A stretch of DNA of 55,332 nucleotides, taken from the NCBI GenBank assembly GCA_044892525.1, contig CM097887.1:4278001-4333332 (forward strand), read 5' to 3'. The DNA is from Schmidtea polychroa (Eukaryota). A program made the position numbers and the translations under genes. Under the pieces are notes generated by a model. It was given only the letters and a program-made list of their open reading frames with translations. It did no database searches and was not told the DNA's origin. Positions 13,718-27,536 of the stretch are shown here, in pieces. Numbering within the stretch: the stretch's first letter is position 1; each line of letters opens with the position of its first letter.

Positions 13718-14757
13718 TGATTTTCCTTCCTTAGCTTCTTCATGTCATGTTTCACTCTGGGTGCGAATCATACTTTTTAATCTTGATAGTTCATTTGCAT
13801 TCGATTGCTCTTCGCCTTTCCGAAAATTTAGTTCAAAATCATATTCCGACAGGTTAGCTAACTATGTTTGGAACTGCGGACTGATTGGCGTTTTTGTACT
13901 GTTCATGAAAACCAATGCTTTGTGGTCGGTGGGAATTATGAATTCTTTTCCGTACAGATATTCTCTAAAATGCATGACGTATTCATGTACGGCGAGCAGT
14001 TCATTCCTGGTTACACAGTATCCCTTTTCATGTGATGACATATGTCTCGAGCCATAAGCTATGACAGATTCTTCTCCATCTGTAATTTGACTCAAAACTG
14101 CACCAATGGCTCTGAAACTAGCGTCTGTGTCTAGGATAAAAGTCCTATCTACTCTTGGAAAATCAAGGAGTTTGGAAGCTCTCATCGCATTCTTTAGTCC
14201 AATTTATATCTTTATCGCATCCAGATGTTGCAGCGTATAATGGTGATTTTGGCATAGTCTTTAATGGATCTTCTATAGTAGTTCGTTAATCCGAGAAACG
14301 ATCTCAATTTTTATGAACATTTTGGTACTTCTGCTTTCTCGATCTCTTCCACTTTCTTTCTGTTTGTCTGGATACCCTTCTCGTTAACTGTGTGACCAAG
14401 TAAACACAATTCTGTTTTATTGAATTTGCATTTTTCTGGATTTATCTTCAGTCCTGCCATTTGAATTCTTCTTGACGACCATGGTTATTTCCTTCGGATT
14501 GTACTGGTCCGCGTATAGGATGTTCGTCTCTTCTTGATCTGTGGAAACTAAAAGACTCTTCTGATAGTCTTCTTTGTGGTGATGTAGGCATGGATCTTGG
14601 GTATTCTTTTGAATTCGCATCTGCCTTCTCTCAGTCACACTAGCGTATGTTCTTTGACCGATTGCTTTAAAAATTCCGTTTTATTGTTTCCATCTTTGTT
14701 ACTTTCAAAAGTTTTCGCTAATGATCTCGTTTCTTCAGGTAGTTAGGAGTACCCGGC
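12470..14757 (-). pseudogene. Decayed, internally deleted Ty3/Gypsy gag-pol remnant
   Basis: RNase H FILDTDAS..IGAVLSQ..IAYGSR..ELLAV (13862-14185); integrase Zn finger HEELCHIG..YWPKM..CCEIC (13199-13489); integrase C-terminus INSSRQSASGLSPFEIIYGR and GPYKI. RT core absent; many frameshifts. Confidence 0.88.
13676..13712. repeat. (TA)n microsatellite inside the Gypsy remnant
   Basis: Direct inspection. Confidence 0.95.
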
Positions 14758-14949
14758 AGCACGACCATCCGGAAGAGGGGTACCCCCCCCCCCCCCTATT
14801 GCTGCCATAATTATTTTCTGCTTTTTGATTACGTAATTGCTGCCGGGGGCTCCACATATCTTTTTCAATACATATAGATAGGGCCTATAGAAAAAAGGCC
14901 AAGATTTTTCTGACTATAGTGAAGGGGTCTCCTTGGTCCTGGGATTTTC

Positions 14950-15363
14950 ATGTTTTATAAGATAAGAAAGCAGTTAGGGAATTTAAACTATAGGATAGTG
15001 TCAACTTCTTGGAAAGTACGCAATATGTTTATTAGTAAGTCAAAAACTCCGGTCCAATTGTGTTCCGATCTCGTTTATCAGTTTACATGTAATGGGTGTA
15101 ATGCCACATACATTGGAGAGACTTCCTGTCATCTCTGTATTCGAGCTCGAGAACATTGTAGACCGAAGGCTTTGACCCATATTGGTGAGCACAATAAGGG
15201 CTGTAAGATTAAAATAGGTATGTCTGATTTTAAAATTTTATTAAAAAATTTCGATAATTATTGGGAACGTGTGATTTGTGAGGCGTTGTTGATAAAATCA
15301 TTGAATCCGAAAATTAATGTGCAGAATGCAATGAATACTTGTATCTTAAATGTTTTTAAATAA
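14950..15363 (+). mobile_element. 5'-truncated Penelope-like element, GIY-YIG endonuclease domain
   Basis: LVYQFTCNGCNATYIGET..R..EH..H..E..EALLIKSLNPKIN: GIY-YIG with the CCHH insert typical of Penelope. Confidence 0.9.
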
Positions 15364-15703
15364 TTTTTTTTCTTGTACATTGTATGTATTGATTGTTGTG
15401 TTAAATTAAATAATTAATAAAATTTTTTAAATTATTAAATTAAATTTTAAAAATAATATATTAATTTAATTATAATTTTTAAAAATAATTAAATGTTTTT
15501 ATTAAATAANNNNNNNNNNNNNNNNNNNNNNNNNNNNNNNNNNNNNNNNNNNNNNNNNNNNNNNNNNNNNNNNNNNNNNNNNNNNNNNNNNNNNNNNNNN
15601 NNNNNNNNNNNNNNNNNNNNNNNNNNNNNNNNNNNNNNNNNNNNNNNNNNNNNNNNNNNNNNNNNNNNNAATAAATTCATAGTCATAAATAATTGGTTAC
15701 ATT

Positions 15704-16501
15704 TGTTCCCCAACAAATAAATTTTCATAGCCGAGCTTCCATGTAATTGCATTGAATAGGCCTTTGTAATATGGGCAAAATTCATATTTATTGTTACAAA
15801 GGCCTATAAACATCTTATTATCATATTATATCCCAATTGTATGGTTTTCATTGAATCTTGTATCATGTTTATGGTAGTTTTCAAACAATGGGATACAGTA
15901 ATTGTTTCCATATCGACATTCAAGTGGAAATTTACCTTTCTAAACTGTAAAATAAAATTAATTTCTTTTATTTTCACACTCATTGAATTCAAAATAAGTA
16001 ATATCTAGTGTTTCCCATAGACAGACGCATTAGAAGATGGTCTGGTTGGATTTGTCTACCGGTCGCACCAACCTTTACATCTCCTTGGTATCACGATGGG
16101 ATCTCGCCATACAATTTGATGAAGCCTATCTATGCCTCTTATATCATGAAGATATTAAGGGTAGAAGGTCTTACACCTCTTTATCGTTATACTTCCATTT
16201 CATGAATTATTGTTCATTCTTGTTTTTTTGGTTATGGTCCTCATTATTTGCTGTTATTAAATATTACTTTCAAAAATTTGAACAGGGATTTTATCCCTCA
16301 TTTTGATAATTTTATTTCTAGACCTTCTATAATGATTGTTATTGACTAAGTATTGTTCTCGTTTTGACTTTGGTCATTGATTATTTTGTGTTGAGAGAGA
16401 TATTTTGTGATTAAATATATGTTGGGTAGTTTGTTGTATCGTTATCTTCAATTAAAGGGACACATGGAGTCAGAGAGTACCCAAATTAATAAAACTCAAC
16501 A
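15704..16501 (+). mobile_element. Solo LTR (798 bp) related to the large element's LTR
   Basis: TGTT...AACA termini flanked by catt (15700-15703) and catt (16502-16505). 3' block GGGACACATGGAGTCAGAG..AAAACTCAACA matches the U5 end of the other two LTR families. Confidence 0.8.
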
Positions 16502-16765
16502 CATTCACCACAAAATGAAAACAACTTATCCACAAACGAAAATTTGAACAAAATTCATATACTGCTGAAAAACTGAGAGCAAAATTCAGTTTAGTTGTCA
16601 GTGATGAAAAGTTGAAATAATGAAATTTTGGTTGATATTTATACCAATTTGTGATTCCTAGCCACACATCCTATGCCATTCTGTGAAATCAGGGTGTGCG
16701 TAATTCTGAAAATTTGAGATTGACATCGCACACATACTCGAGTGGTACCAGATTTATGTAGATTA

Positions 16766-17801
16766 CACCCGTTTGCACTCAATAGACGCACCTATAATAT
16801 AAAACAAAAAATCAATATGTGTATATTATATAAACATACAAACTTACATGTGTGTTGATTTTTATCGTTGCAATGAATAAACGCATTTAATATAGAAAGT
16901 GAGAAAGTGGTAGAAAAAATAAACTGACACACACAAACACAACACATAGTAAAAAATGCATGCAAATTTTCGATATGTAGAATCATTGCAATGAATAAAC
17001 GCTCTATAATAAATCATTTACATACATTTTTAGAATTTTTAGAAAAAAATGAATGAAAAAATTTTTAACGAAAATTCTGAAAACTCAACTTTGAGTTCTA
17101 TAGATAATGAAGACATTATTTCGTAAGATTTATCTTAAATTTTTAATAAATTTAATAGTTTTTTAGTATTTCACATTGCCCTGAAATCTCAACTTTGCCG
17201 TCCAATGTTGGAAAAAAACTAGAAATCGTAAATTTGATTAACTTAAATTTAAAAATTAATATTTCTATAGAATTTCAGAACTTAATTAATTAATATTTCT
17301 ATAGAATTTCAGAACTTGACAAACTGAAAAAAGACTAAAACTAAAAATTAAAAAAACTATTTTCAACACATCTACTGTTTTCTTTAAATGTTGTTAAAAA
17401 TTGATATTTTTGGCGATTAATAAATTGTATTTCTTACTTAATTACTTAATAAAATAATAATTAAACTCACACTATATTGAAATAATTCCAAATAATAATA
17501 ATAATATCTAAAACTCCTGAAAAATTAATTAAAAATAATTTATAATAAAAAATGTTGATAAAAAGTATCATTTAAGAGCTTGAATAATGATCTCATATCT
17601 ATATGGATCAATATTCAAGCCTTAAAGTTTACTTTAAATAAAAGAAAAATTACTTGAAAGCCAATAAATCAATAAATAGTAGTTAAACTGGATGCATATT
17701 AAATTAACCACATAATTAAATTTCATATAGAATAACGCATCTTTAATTGGTTGTACATACCAACCCATATTATAGATGCGTTTATTCAGTGCAAACGGAT
17801 G
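16766..17801. mobile_element. Tc1/mariner-type MITE (~1.04 kb)
   Basis: TA|CACCCGTTTGCACTCAATAGACGCACCTATAATAT and a near-perfect inverse ending GCAAACGGATG|TA; TA TSD. Confidence 0.8.
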
Positions 17802-18304
17802 TATTTTAAATTAAATTAAATTTCTTTTTTCTAGAATTATTTTATTTTCAGTACACAGACACTCGTGATTTAGTTGTTATACTGCATTTTATTAATTGTT
17901 TAACACAATCAAATTATAAAATAATTTTGTTTCCTTTTCTATTTCGTTATTTCTTTAATGAATATATTTTCATAATTTTTATTTAATTATTTTTTCTTAT
18001 TCTTTTAAATTCTGCACTTTTTGTCATACTCCTTCGTATGTGAATACAAGCCATAAAATTCCTAATTAATTTGATTATGGTCCTTTGTATGTAAGTACGA
18101 TCAATCATCAGTAGAAGGTAGTGTCACATTCACATCATCTCCTCCCTTTGGAAATATCTAATTCGACGCAGAATTTTATGTAAGTCACGAAAATATATGA
18201 TGTTTAAATATAAAAAAATGCTTAGTTTCCATGGAAATGATCTCTAAAGTCTTTAAATTAAAATGTCGGTCATGCCATAATATAACAACTTCTATATATT
18301 ATGA

Positions 18305-20777
<2,473 letters not shown>

Positions 20778-21188
20778 TATTATGATAATCATAACAAGTC
20801 TTATATTAAAGAATTAAAATCTTATACTTCAACACATGACGAAACAGTGAATAAAAAATCTCATAATATAACAATTTTCATATATTATCAAACATAGATA
20901 ATATTGTTATAAGAACTTTTATTTCTTCCAATTTCACCACTGATTATTTTATCCATTGAATTAAAAAGAGAATTTTAAGACTATAAATCAGTAATATATC
21001 GATGTTTGTTGATACTCACGAATTTTCGGCACTGCCTTTTTTTCACTATGAAAACATAGATAACCTTATATTATAGAAAATCATCAGCGGACAGCCCGCT
21101 CGCCCCGAAGGGACTGGTACAGTAATTTTAAAATTAAAATAAAAAATAAATAATACATTTTTAAAATATATTAAACAAATTATTTTGA

Positions 21189-21330
21189 TTAAAATCCAAT
21201 CACAGAATCAAACAAGTTAGTAAATATTTCATCCGTACGATTTTGATCCTCTCGAACTAGTTCTTGCTCCATCAAATCACTGTCATAGCCATCAAATTCA
21301 TCGTTCCCTTGATACAAGACTGGTATTTTC
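21189..21330 (-). pseudogene. Possible pogo-family transposase acidic C-terminal tail
   Basis: LYQGNDEFDGYDSDLMEQ..IFTNLFDSVIGF* resembles pogo C-termini that end in GF*. Confidence 0.4.
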
Positions 21331-21953
21331 CCTCACCTATAACCGTTTGTTCTCATTGGTTGACAAGTCGATTTTTATATTTTTAAATGTAAATAATTGA
21401 TGATTACGCATTCCTATCCTAGATTGAGATGCGGAAAATATATCATTTAAGTTATAACAATCGAGAATAACATTAATCCGTTGAAAATAAATTTCTTTTA
21501 AATATTATTTATTTGTTTAAAATTTTAATATTTGAATAAATTTTATTTTTTAAGAAGTCGGTAAGATTTAAATTTTAATTTAATAAAAATATCTCGCTTA
21601 AAATAAATGTTGAAATTGCACAAATTAATCAAAATGAACCAAATTGTAATTAATTAAAATTGTGATGGAAAACCGGACAAATTATTGTAGGAAAGGGAGG
21701 AAATTTACTATGCAGATATTTGCAAAGATTTAACAAAAAAGGTTGGCTTATTAAAACAAATTTGCCGGGAAAAATATTTGGATTTGTTATATAATTATAT
21801 GAAATATTGTTACAGAATTTCTTGTCTGATTTAATTGCTACAACGGACATCTTTTGTTTTTCTTGTAAGCCTAGATCAGAATTTTTCCCAAGCTAAAATT
21901 CCTTCTTAAAATGGAGATTATAATAACAGTAGAGTTTAAAGAAACAAACCATT

Positions 21954-22944
21954 TGTTGGGTTTTATGATATCAAAATCAACCGTTGGTTACTCTGACTCC
22001 ACGTGTTCCAAAATCAATAAACAAAAACTCCCAACGTATATTTGTTTTATAACAATTCACAACTCAACAATTAATCACACTGTTGGTTAATCACAATTCT
22101 TACACAATTTCAAATCGAACTCCGCTCTGGAAGGTCTCGGCCTTGTACGATTTAAAAAATAGGTTTCACCTTTTGTTTGATTCCGCTCTCTGATCCGAAC
22201 TCTTTTAATATTCCTTTCTGACTCCTAAATTCCTCTTATAATTCCTTTTTCCTTTTTATTTTTATTCCTCGAACTCCTATCGTCTGTTTCTTCGTATCCC
22301 TACCTAAGGCTATCGCCGATTATGTGAATTTTGAGTTTTCTTATATACTCCCATAATCGTTGTAATTGCCCCATTTTTGACCTAATTGGTTTTGACTTCT
22401 TCAGCTATCATTCCCTAATTGACTATTTTTGTTGACCCTCTTCGTAATTCCCTGTCTTTTGTTTACCCTCGTTTATCCGATTGTTTGGATAATTGCCCTC
22501 TGAATTCCTCGTTTGTTTACCCTTCCAAATTGCCGTGCTCGGGTTTTCTTCATCGCTCGGGTTCTCCATTGGCTCGGGCTTCCCATTAGCTCGGGTTTCC
22601 CATTAGCCAATTAATTAATTAATTAATATTTTACGTTTTTCCACATTTGTCTGTTTTACGACCCTTTCTACACATTTTCTAACAATTTCTTGCTCACTGT
22701 CTTCTTCACCATCCCTTAATCTACCCCTCTCCCGTTTTCCAGCTTCAATTTCGATAACTTTTCACTTTATTCCACTTCCTCCGGTTTGCGCATTTTCCCA
22801 TTTCATGTCTGATTGTACCCTTTTATAGTTCTGTTTTTATCATATCTTTCTTTGCCATTGCTTCTCTGCTTGACCGCCATTCAATTTCGGCTTTCCTTTT
22901 AATCTGAACTATATAATTTAATAATTTATTTTCAAACCTCAACA
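21954..22944 (-). repeat. 3' LTR
   Basis: Direct repeat of 37665-38655, preceded on the minus strand by the PPT. Confidence 0.98.
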
Positions 22945-22957
22945 TATCTCCCCCTTT
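22945..22957 (-). promoter_or_regulatory. Polypurine tract
   Basis: AAAGGGGGAGATA directly abutting the TG of the 3' LTR. Confidence 0.93.
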
Positions 22958-23316
22958 AAAAAAAATTTCGTCCTCGAAATATGTGATGCTTATTCAATTT
23001 AAAATATATTATTATATTTTCTGAAAATTAGGTGACCTATTGACATACCGACAATTCAGTCCCATTCGAGTCTTGTTCATTTTATTAAAATTCAACATTT
23101 TTTTTTCTTATGTTTAAAAATCTGATTTTAATTTATTCGTGAATTTTCTCATTTAAATAGTTTTTTGAAATTTTCAATCAAGTGTTTCATAGCATTTTAT
23201 TAAAAATCTGATTTTACTTTATTCGTGAATTTTCTCATTTAAATAGTTTTTAAGTGTTTCATAGCATTTCATTTTCAAAGTTAATTATTTACTTTATTTA
23301 TATTTAATTTATTTAC

Positions 23317-23595
23317 GTTCAATAGTAAATTAAATTTCATCCAATTTCACGTAGTAAGTACTCATGACTCAACATACATGTTCCGCATATGCCACTTGAG
23401 AGTCAGAAAATTCCGTCTGTAGCCAACAAGTTATAGGTTTCCCAACTAGTTACCTTGTGAACATAAAAAAAAACAAATTCCTATAAGCGTAGTTGTATAA
23501 ACATGATTAAGTCGATCGATACAGTCATCATCGTAACGGCATACTTTATTGGAAATTAGTGATTTATCAAGAATATACTTTCCTAATTCTTCCAT
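23317..23595 (-). pseudogene. inx: Innexin N-terminal exon carried inside the retroelement, decayed
   Basis: MEELGKYILDKSLISNKVCRYDDDCIDRLNHVYTTTLIGICFF/MFTR*LVGKPITCWLQTEFSDSQVAYAEHVC*VMSTYYV matches the innexin DDDxxDRLN..YT..QxVGxPIxCW..Y..xCWV.xTY signature. One T-run frameshift, three stops, GTAAAT donor at 23316. Confidence 0.9.
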
Positions 23596-24242
23596 AGTTT
23601 AACGAAAGATTCAATATTAATTCCAGTGGATAGTGAGAATCACTCCATCGATTGATTGAAGCACTTTTCTTCAGAATGAAGAAATGCATCACAAGAAATA
23701 ACCAATAGGAATTAAGCCAGCCAATTCATTAGTCTGTTTGTAAGGCACACCCGCATTCATTAAATGAATAGATTAGGAAATTTTCAGTGTTCCTCTTTAT
23801 GGAAGATCGTTGATTCCGCAACTAAAGACAATTAGTTTCAAATTGATTTCATACTATAATTTAGTTGGCGATTTTACACGCTGTGTTTATAAATATAATA
23901 ATGTCAACAAGTTTGATTTATTTCCTTGTAAATAAACAATACAATTTTAAATTTAATATTAAATTGCAGTTTGGAGACGGCAAGATAATTTTATCCCTCA
24001 ATGTTTACCAGATCAATCATGTCTAAATTATATTTGCTCTCAATGTCGATTCTTGATATCAATGTCGATTCCGGGAATAATAATGTTCTGCCTCCCATGT
24101 TGGCAATTATAATCAATTGCCTCTTGAAATGGTAATTATTTGTTTGTTAATTTGTTAATCTTAATTTAGGTATAAATAGGCCTTGTATATAACTTAAATT
24201 CTCAAGATATAAAAATCCGTAATAATTCAGGACATTGAAACG

Positions 24243-24545
24243 GTGCTATATTTCTACAGTCAGATACCTGAGTTCTCCAGTGAAATATTACCGTTTGAGC
24301 AACTACACAATATTTTCAAAATGGCATTTCTATCTGCTGGAGATTTTCAGGAAACTTTAATTGACACATATGTTGGATTGCTAAAGGAACTATTTCAAAT
24401 ACTAAAGGAGAACGATTTAAATCTGCTTATTGGGTTCTTGTGGGATGTGTTAAAAAACTATGAACCAGCAATGGGGGCAGCAGCTTGCTTACTTAACAGT
24501 GTCTACGAATCGGTAAGACCTTTCTCGTATTCAGTCTACTTATAA
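24243..24545 (+). CDS. Antisense ORF or exon of unknown function in the element's 3' region
   Basis: ~95 open codons of helical, protein-like composition after a ttctacag acceptor, inside very AT-rich DNA. Confidence 0.4.
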   Translation: MLYFYSQIPEFSSEILPFEQLHNIFKMAFLSAGDFQETLIDTYVGLLKELFQILKENDLNLLIGFLWDVLKNYEPAMGAAACLLNSVYESVRPFSYSVYL

Positions 24546-27120
24546 TTATAATAATTAATATTAATATTATTTTCATTATTTTTTGTTTATTTATTTTTAC
24601 ATTATTTATGATTTTGATTTTTGATTGATTTTTCGTTTTTATCACTTATATCATTATCTTATTTTATTTATTATTTTTATTTTTTATATTAATTTTATTT
24701 TATTAATTATTATTATTATTATTTTTCTTATATCATAATTCATTCATCTTTATGTTATCTTGTTTATTTATCAATTATTTGCGCTTATATATTAATTAGA
24801 CCAATAAACAGTTTGTCTGTAACTAACAACTCCTGCAAATCATTTATTATCACTAAGTTTATTGTTTAACATAATATGGACAGATTTTATGACAGATTAA
24901 CTTAAAATATAAAATAATTTACATAATTAAAATAAGATTTTAAATATTTGTAGAAAAAGAATGATTTAATGACAATTTTAAAATTTAAATAAGTTTAATG
25001 TTCGCATTAAAACGATTAAATTTGTATATTGATTCTAATTATATATATAATCATTAGTCTTCATATTTATTATTTTTCTTAAAAAATAATTTAAATAAAG
25101 TATTTTACATTTTAAATGTAATAAATATAAGAAAATTCATGTAAGTACTGAAGAAGTTTCTAAAAATGTTTTCAATTAAGGAGTTATTAAACAAATTACG
25201 TTTTTAATAAGTTTTCCAGTAGGAGTATGCCAACTATTAACGTTTCCGACATAAAACAGCCTGAGAAGTGTTGCTAATTATTGTATTATTTAATTATTAC
25301 GAATTTATTTAATTTATAATTTATTTCGTTTCAGTTACATCCAAAAATGGAGGTTTACACAAAAGTTATTCAGCAAGTGTAGAACATTCAGATCAGAGTC
25401 AAAGTATATTAGAGGTTAATTTTATATTTTTAATATATTGTTGATTATTTTCAATTTAGTAAATTGAAATAATAATAATAATCAAATCGTCAGTCGCTTG
25501 CCCTCCACGTTGCTGTGAACCCAATATCGTTTGGACCAAATCGCATTTGATAAGAGTTTTTATGACAATGAATAAGAATTTAATTTATTTTATATAATTA
25601 ATTTATCTTTTCGTTTCATCTATAATACTTTGTATGTAATTTCAGGTTTTTAATTTATTGAATATTTATAAAAGATTTTTTTTTTAAAAAAAATTTATTA
25701 GCATTTCTTCGAAATAAAAGTAAAAAAAAGGTATTTATTGTTTCATTATCTAATTCAGATTATTTTTTTTTAAATGCAATTTAATTTCCTTCGATTTTGC
25801 CGAATAACTTTTTCGCTTTTTGGTGAAAACTTTATTATAACTTAACAGAATTTTGCACATAACATTTTAATAGTTTTGATTGTGTGGAGTTTTGATCTTA
25901 TTCAATGTCCTATTGTGAGTATTTTTTATTATAGATATTTTGTGAATCGTGTTTGTGTGCGATTATTCTTTCTTTCTATTCTCTCAGTAATAATTTCTAT
26001 CCACCTACATTATAAACCGTTATTTAACGACATGGCTCTAATTTAATGTCAATTTTTGTCAATGCCACACACACTTTTATTTAATTTATACTATTAAAGA
26101 TTTAATTTATTGTGATTCAGGTTTTTATCTAATGCGTTACGGTGATATTTTTGTATATATTTTTTTTCACATACAATATTTTTAAAAGAAAATTTTTACA
26201 AAAATAAAAATCTTAGTTGAAATACAAAGTTTGGAAGTTTTGTAAAAAAAATTTTGATAATTTATGTATATGAAAAATCTGTTATATTTTGAAACGATAA
26301 ATTTCATCGCAAGTGTGCTTGATTTTTTTATTATAGGAATTGTGTTAGTATATGTTTCTGAAACAAAAAAAAATATTTTTTTTTTCACACAGTTTAGTTG
26401 GTGGAATGCTTGAAGTATTAATTTATTAGATTTTTAAAGATTATAGGAAATGCAAAATTTTGAAACAGGTATGATGAAAGAAATCCCCGCCCATATCCAA
26501 TCTCAGCTTTTATGATTGTATGTCCGGATATCGACGGTCGATGATGAGTACAGCGACAGATTTTATGTTGGTTTTTTATTTGCCAGTTATTTATAAATAT
26601 AAATTTTCCTCACAGCTTTAGCCTTTTCACTTATGCTGTTTTTTACTTTACTTTTGTTTTATGTCGGAATTAATTAAATTTTTTTTTTTTTTTTTTTTGC
26701 TTAATTTAATTTTATTCTTTAATTTAGGACTCACTAGTAAAATTTGATCCCCTCATGTGGTTAGTTTCGTTTCTATATAATTAAAATTACTGTAGGATTT
26801 ACTTAGGCTTCCTGTACCCGCGCCACCTCGCTCGGGTCTAAAACGTACCTTTGCCTGTGTGGACTTGTCCCACAGGTTCAAGAGGTTCGAAAAAAGACCT
26901 CCTCGGGGTGTAGTGGACGACTCCCACATCGAGAGTTTTGTCCTGCTAGAGGACTAACTTATCAATAAATTTTGTTTATTGACTATTTTGTTCTATTCAT
27001 TTATTCTCTTTTAACATTTAGTTTTATTAATGTAAATGTTATTATCGTTTAGCCTTTCTCTTTTACTACTTCGAGGACGAAAAGTGAGGTTTTAAATTGT
27101 AAATTTTATTAATCATTAAA

Positions 27121-27366
27121 TTATTCTAACTCATCCATCTCTCTTTCCTCATCGGTCGGGCATTCATTTCCCTGTATCTGCATTCTTAGCAACACGACTT
27201 CCGCTTCGTATTGGAACAGGAGAATTTCCATCCTTTCCAGCTTTCTTTTGCAAATCATATCCTCTAGTTCCAAGTCGTCAATTTTCCTCTCCATTGCTTT
27301 CATTTTTCTTCTCATTTCTTTCATTGAGTTTCGACACTCTTTGATTGACTCTTCCTCTTGGGCTTC
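27121..27366 (-). CDS. Spliced accessory exon, charged coiled-coil peptide (81 aa)
   Basis: Acceptor tatttaacttcag at 27367 followed in frame by EAQEEESIKECRNSMKEMRRKMKAMERKIDDLE...; first exon not identified. Confidence 0.55.
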   Translation of the reverse strand, partial: EAQEEESIKECRNSMKEMRRKMKAMERKIDDLELEDMICKRKLERMEILLFQYEAEVVLLRMQIQGNECPTDEEREMDELE

Positions 27367-27536
27367 CTGAAGTTAAATATAATTAAAGTTTTCTTAAACA
27401 CTCTTTATCACGCAAGGCCAAGCACACCATAGCGAAGTCCGATCAACCAAAATAACTAATTTATGTTATTATTAATCTATAATCATACTAGTTTTATAAG
27501 ATTTATTTACACGCATGCAATTTTTATAATGTAATT

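Noticed and set aside
14741-14757. TGGTCGTGCTGCCGGGT as a PBS of the decayed Gypsy
   Set aside because: The position ahead of gag fits, but no LTR ending in CA adjoins it and I could not match a tRNA.
14760-15510. Hammerhead ribozyme expected near the Penelope fragment
   Set aside because: No CUGANGA/GAAA core found by eye; the pseudo-LTR may lie in the adjacent gap.
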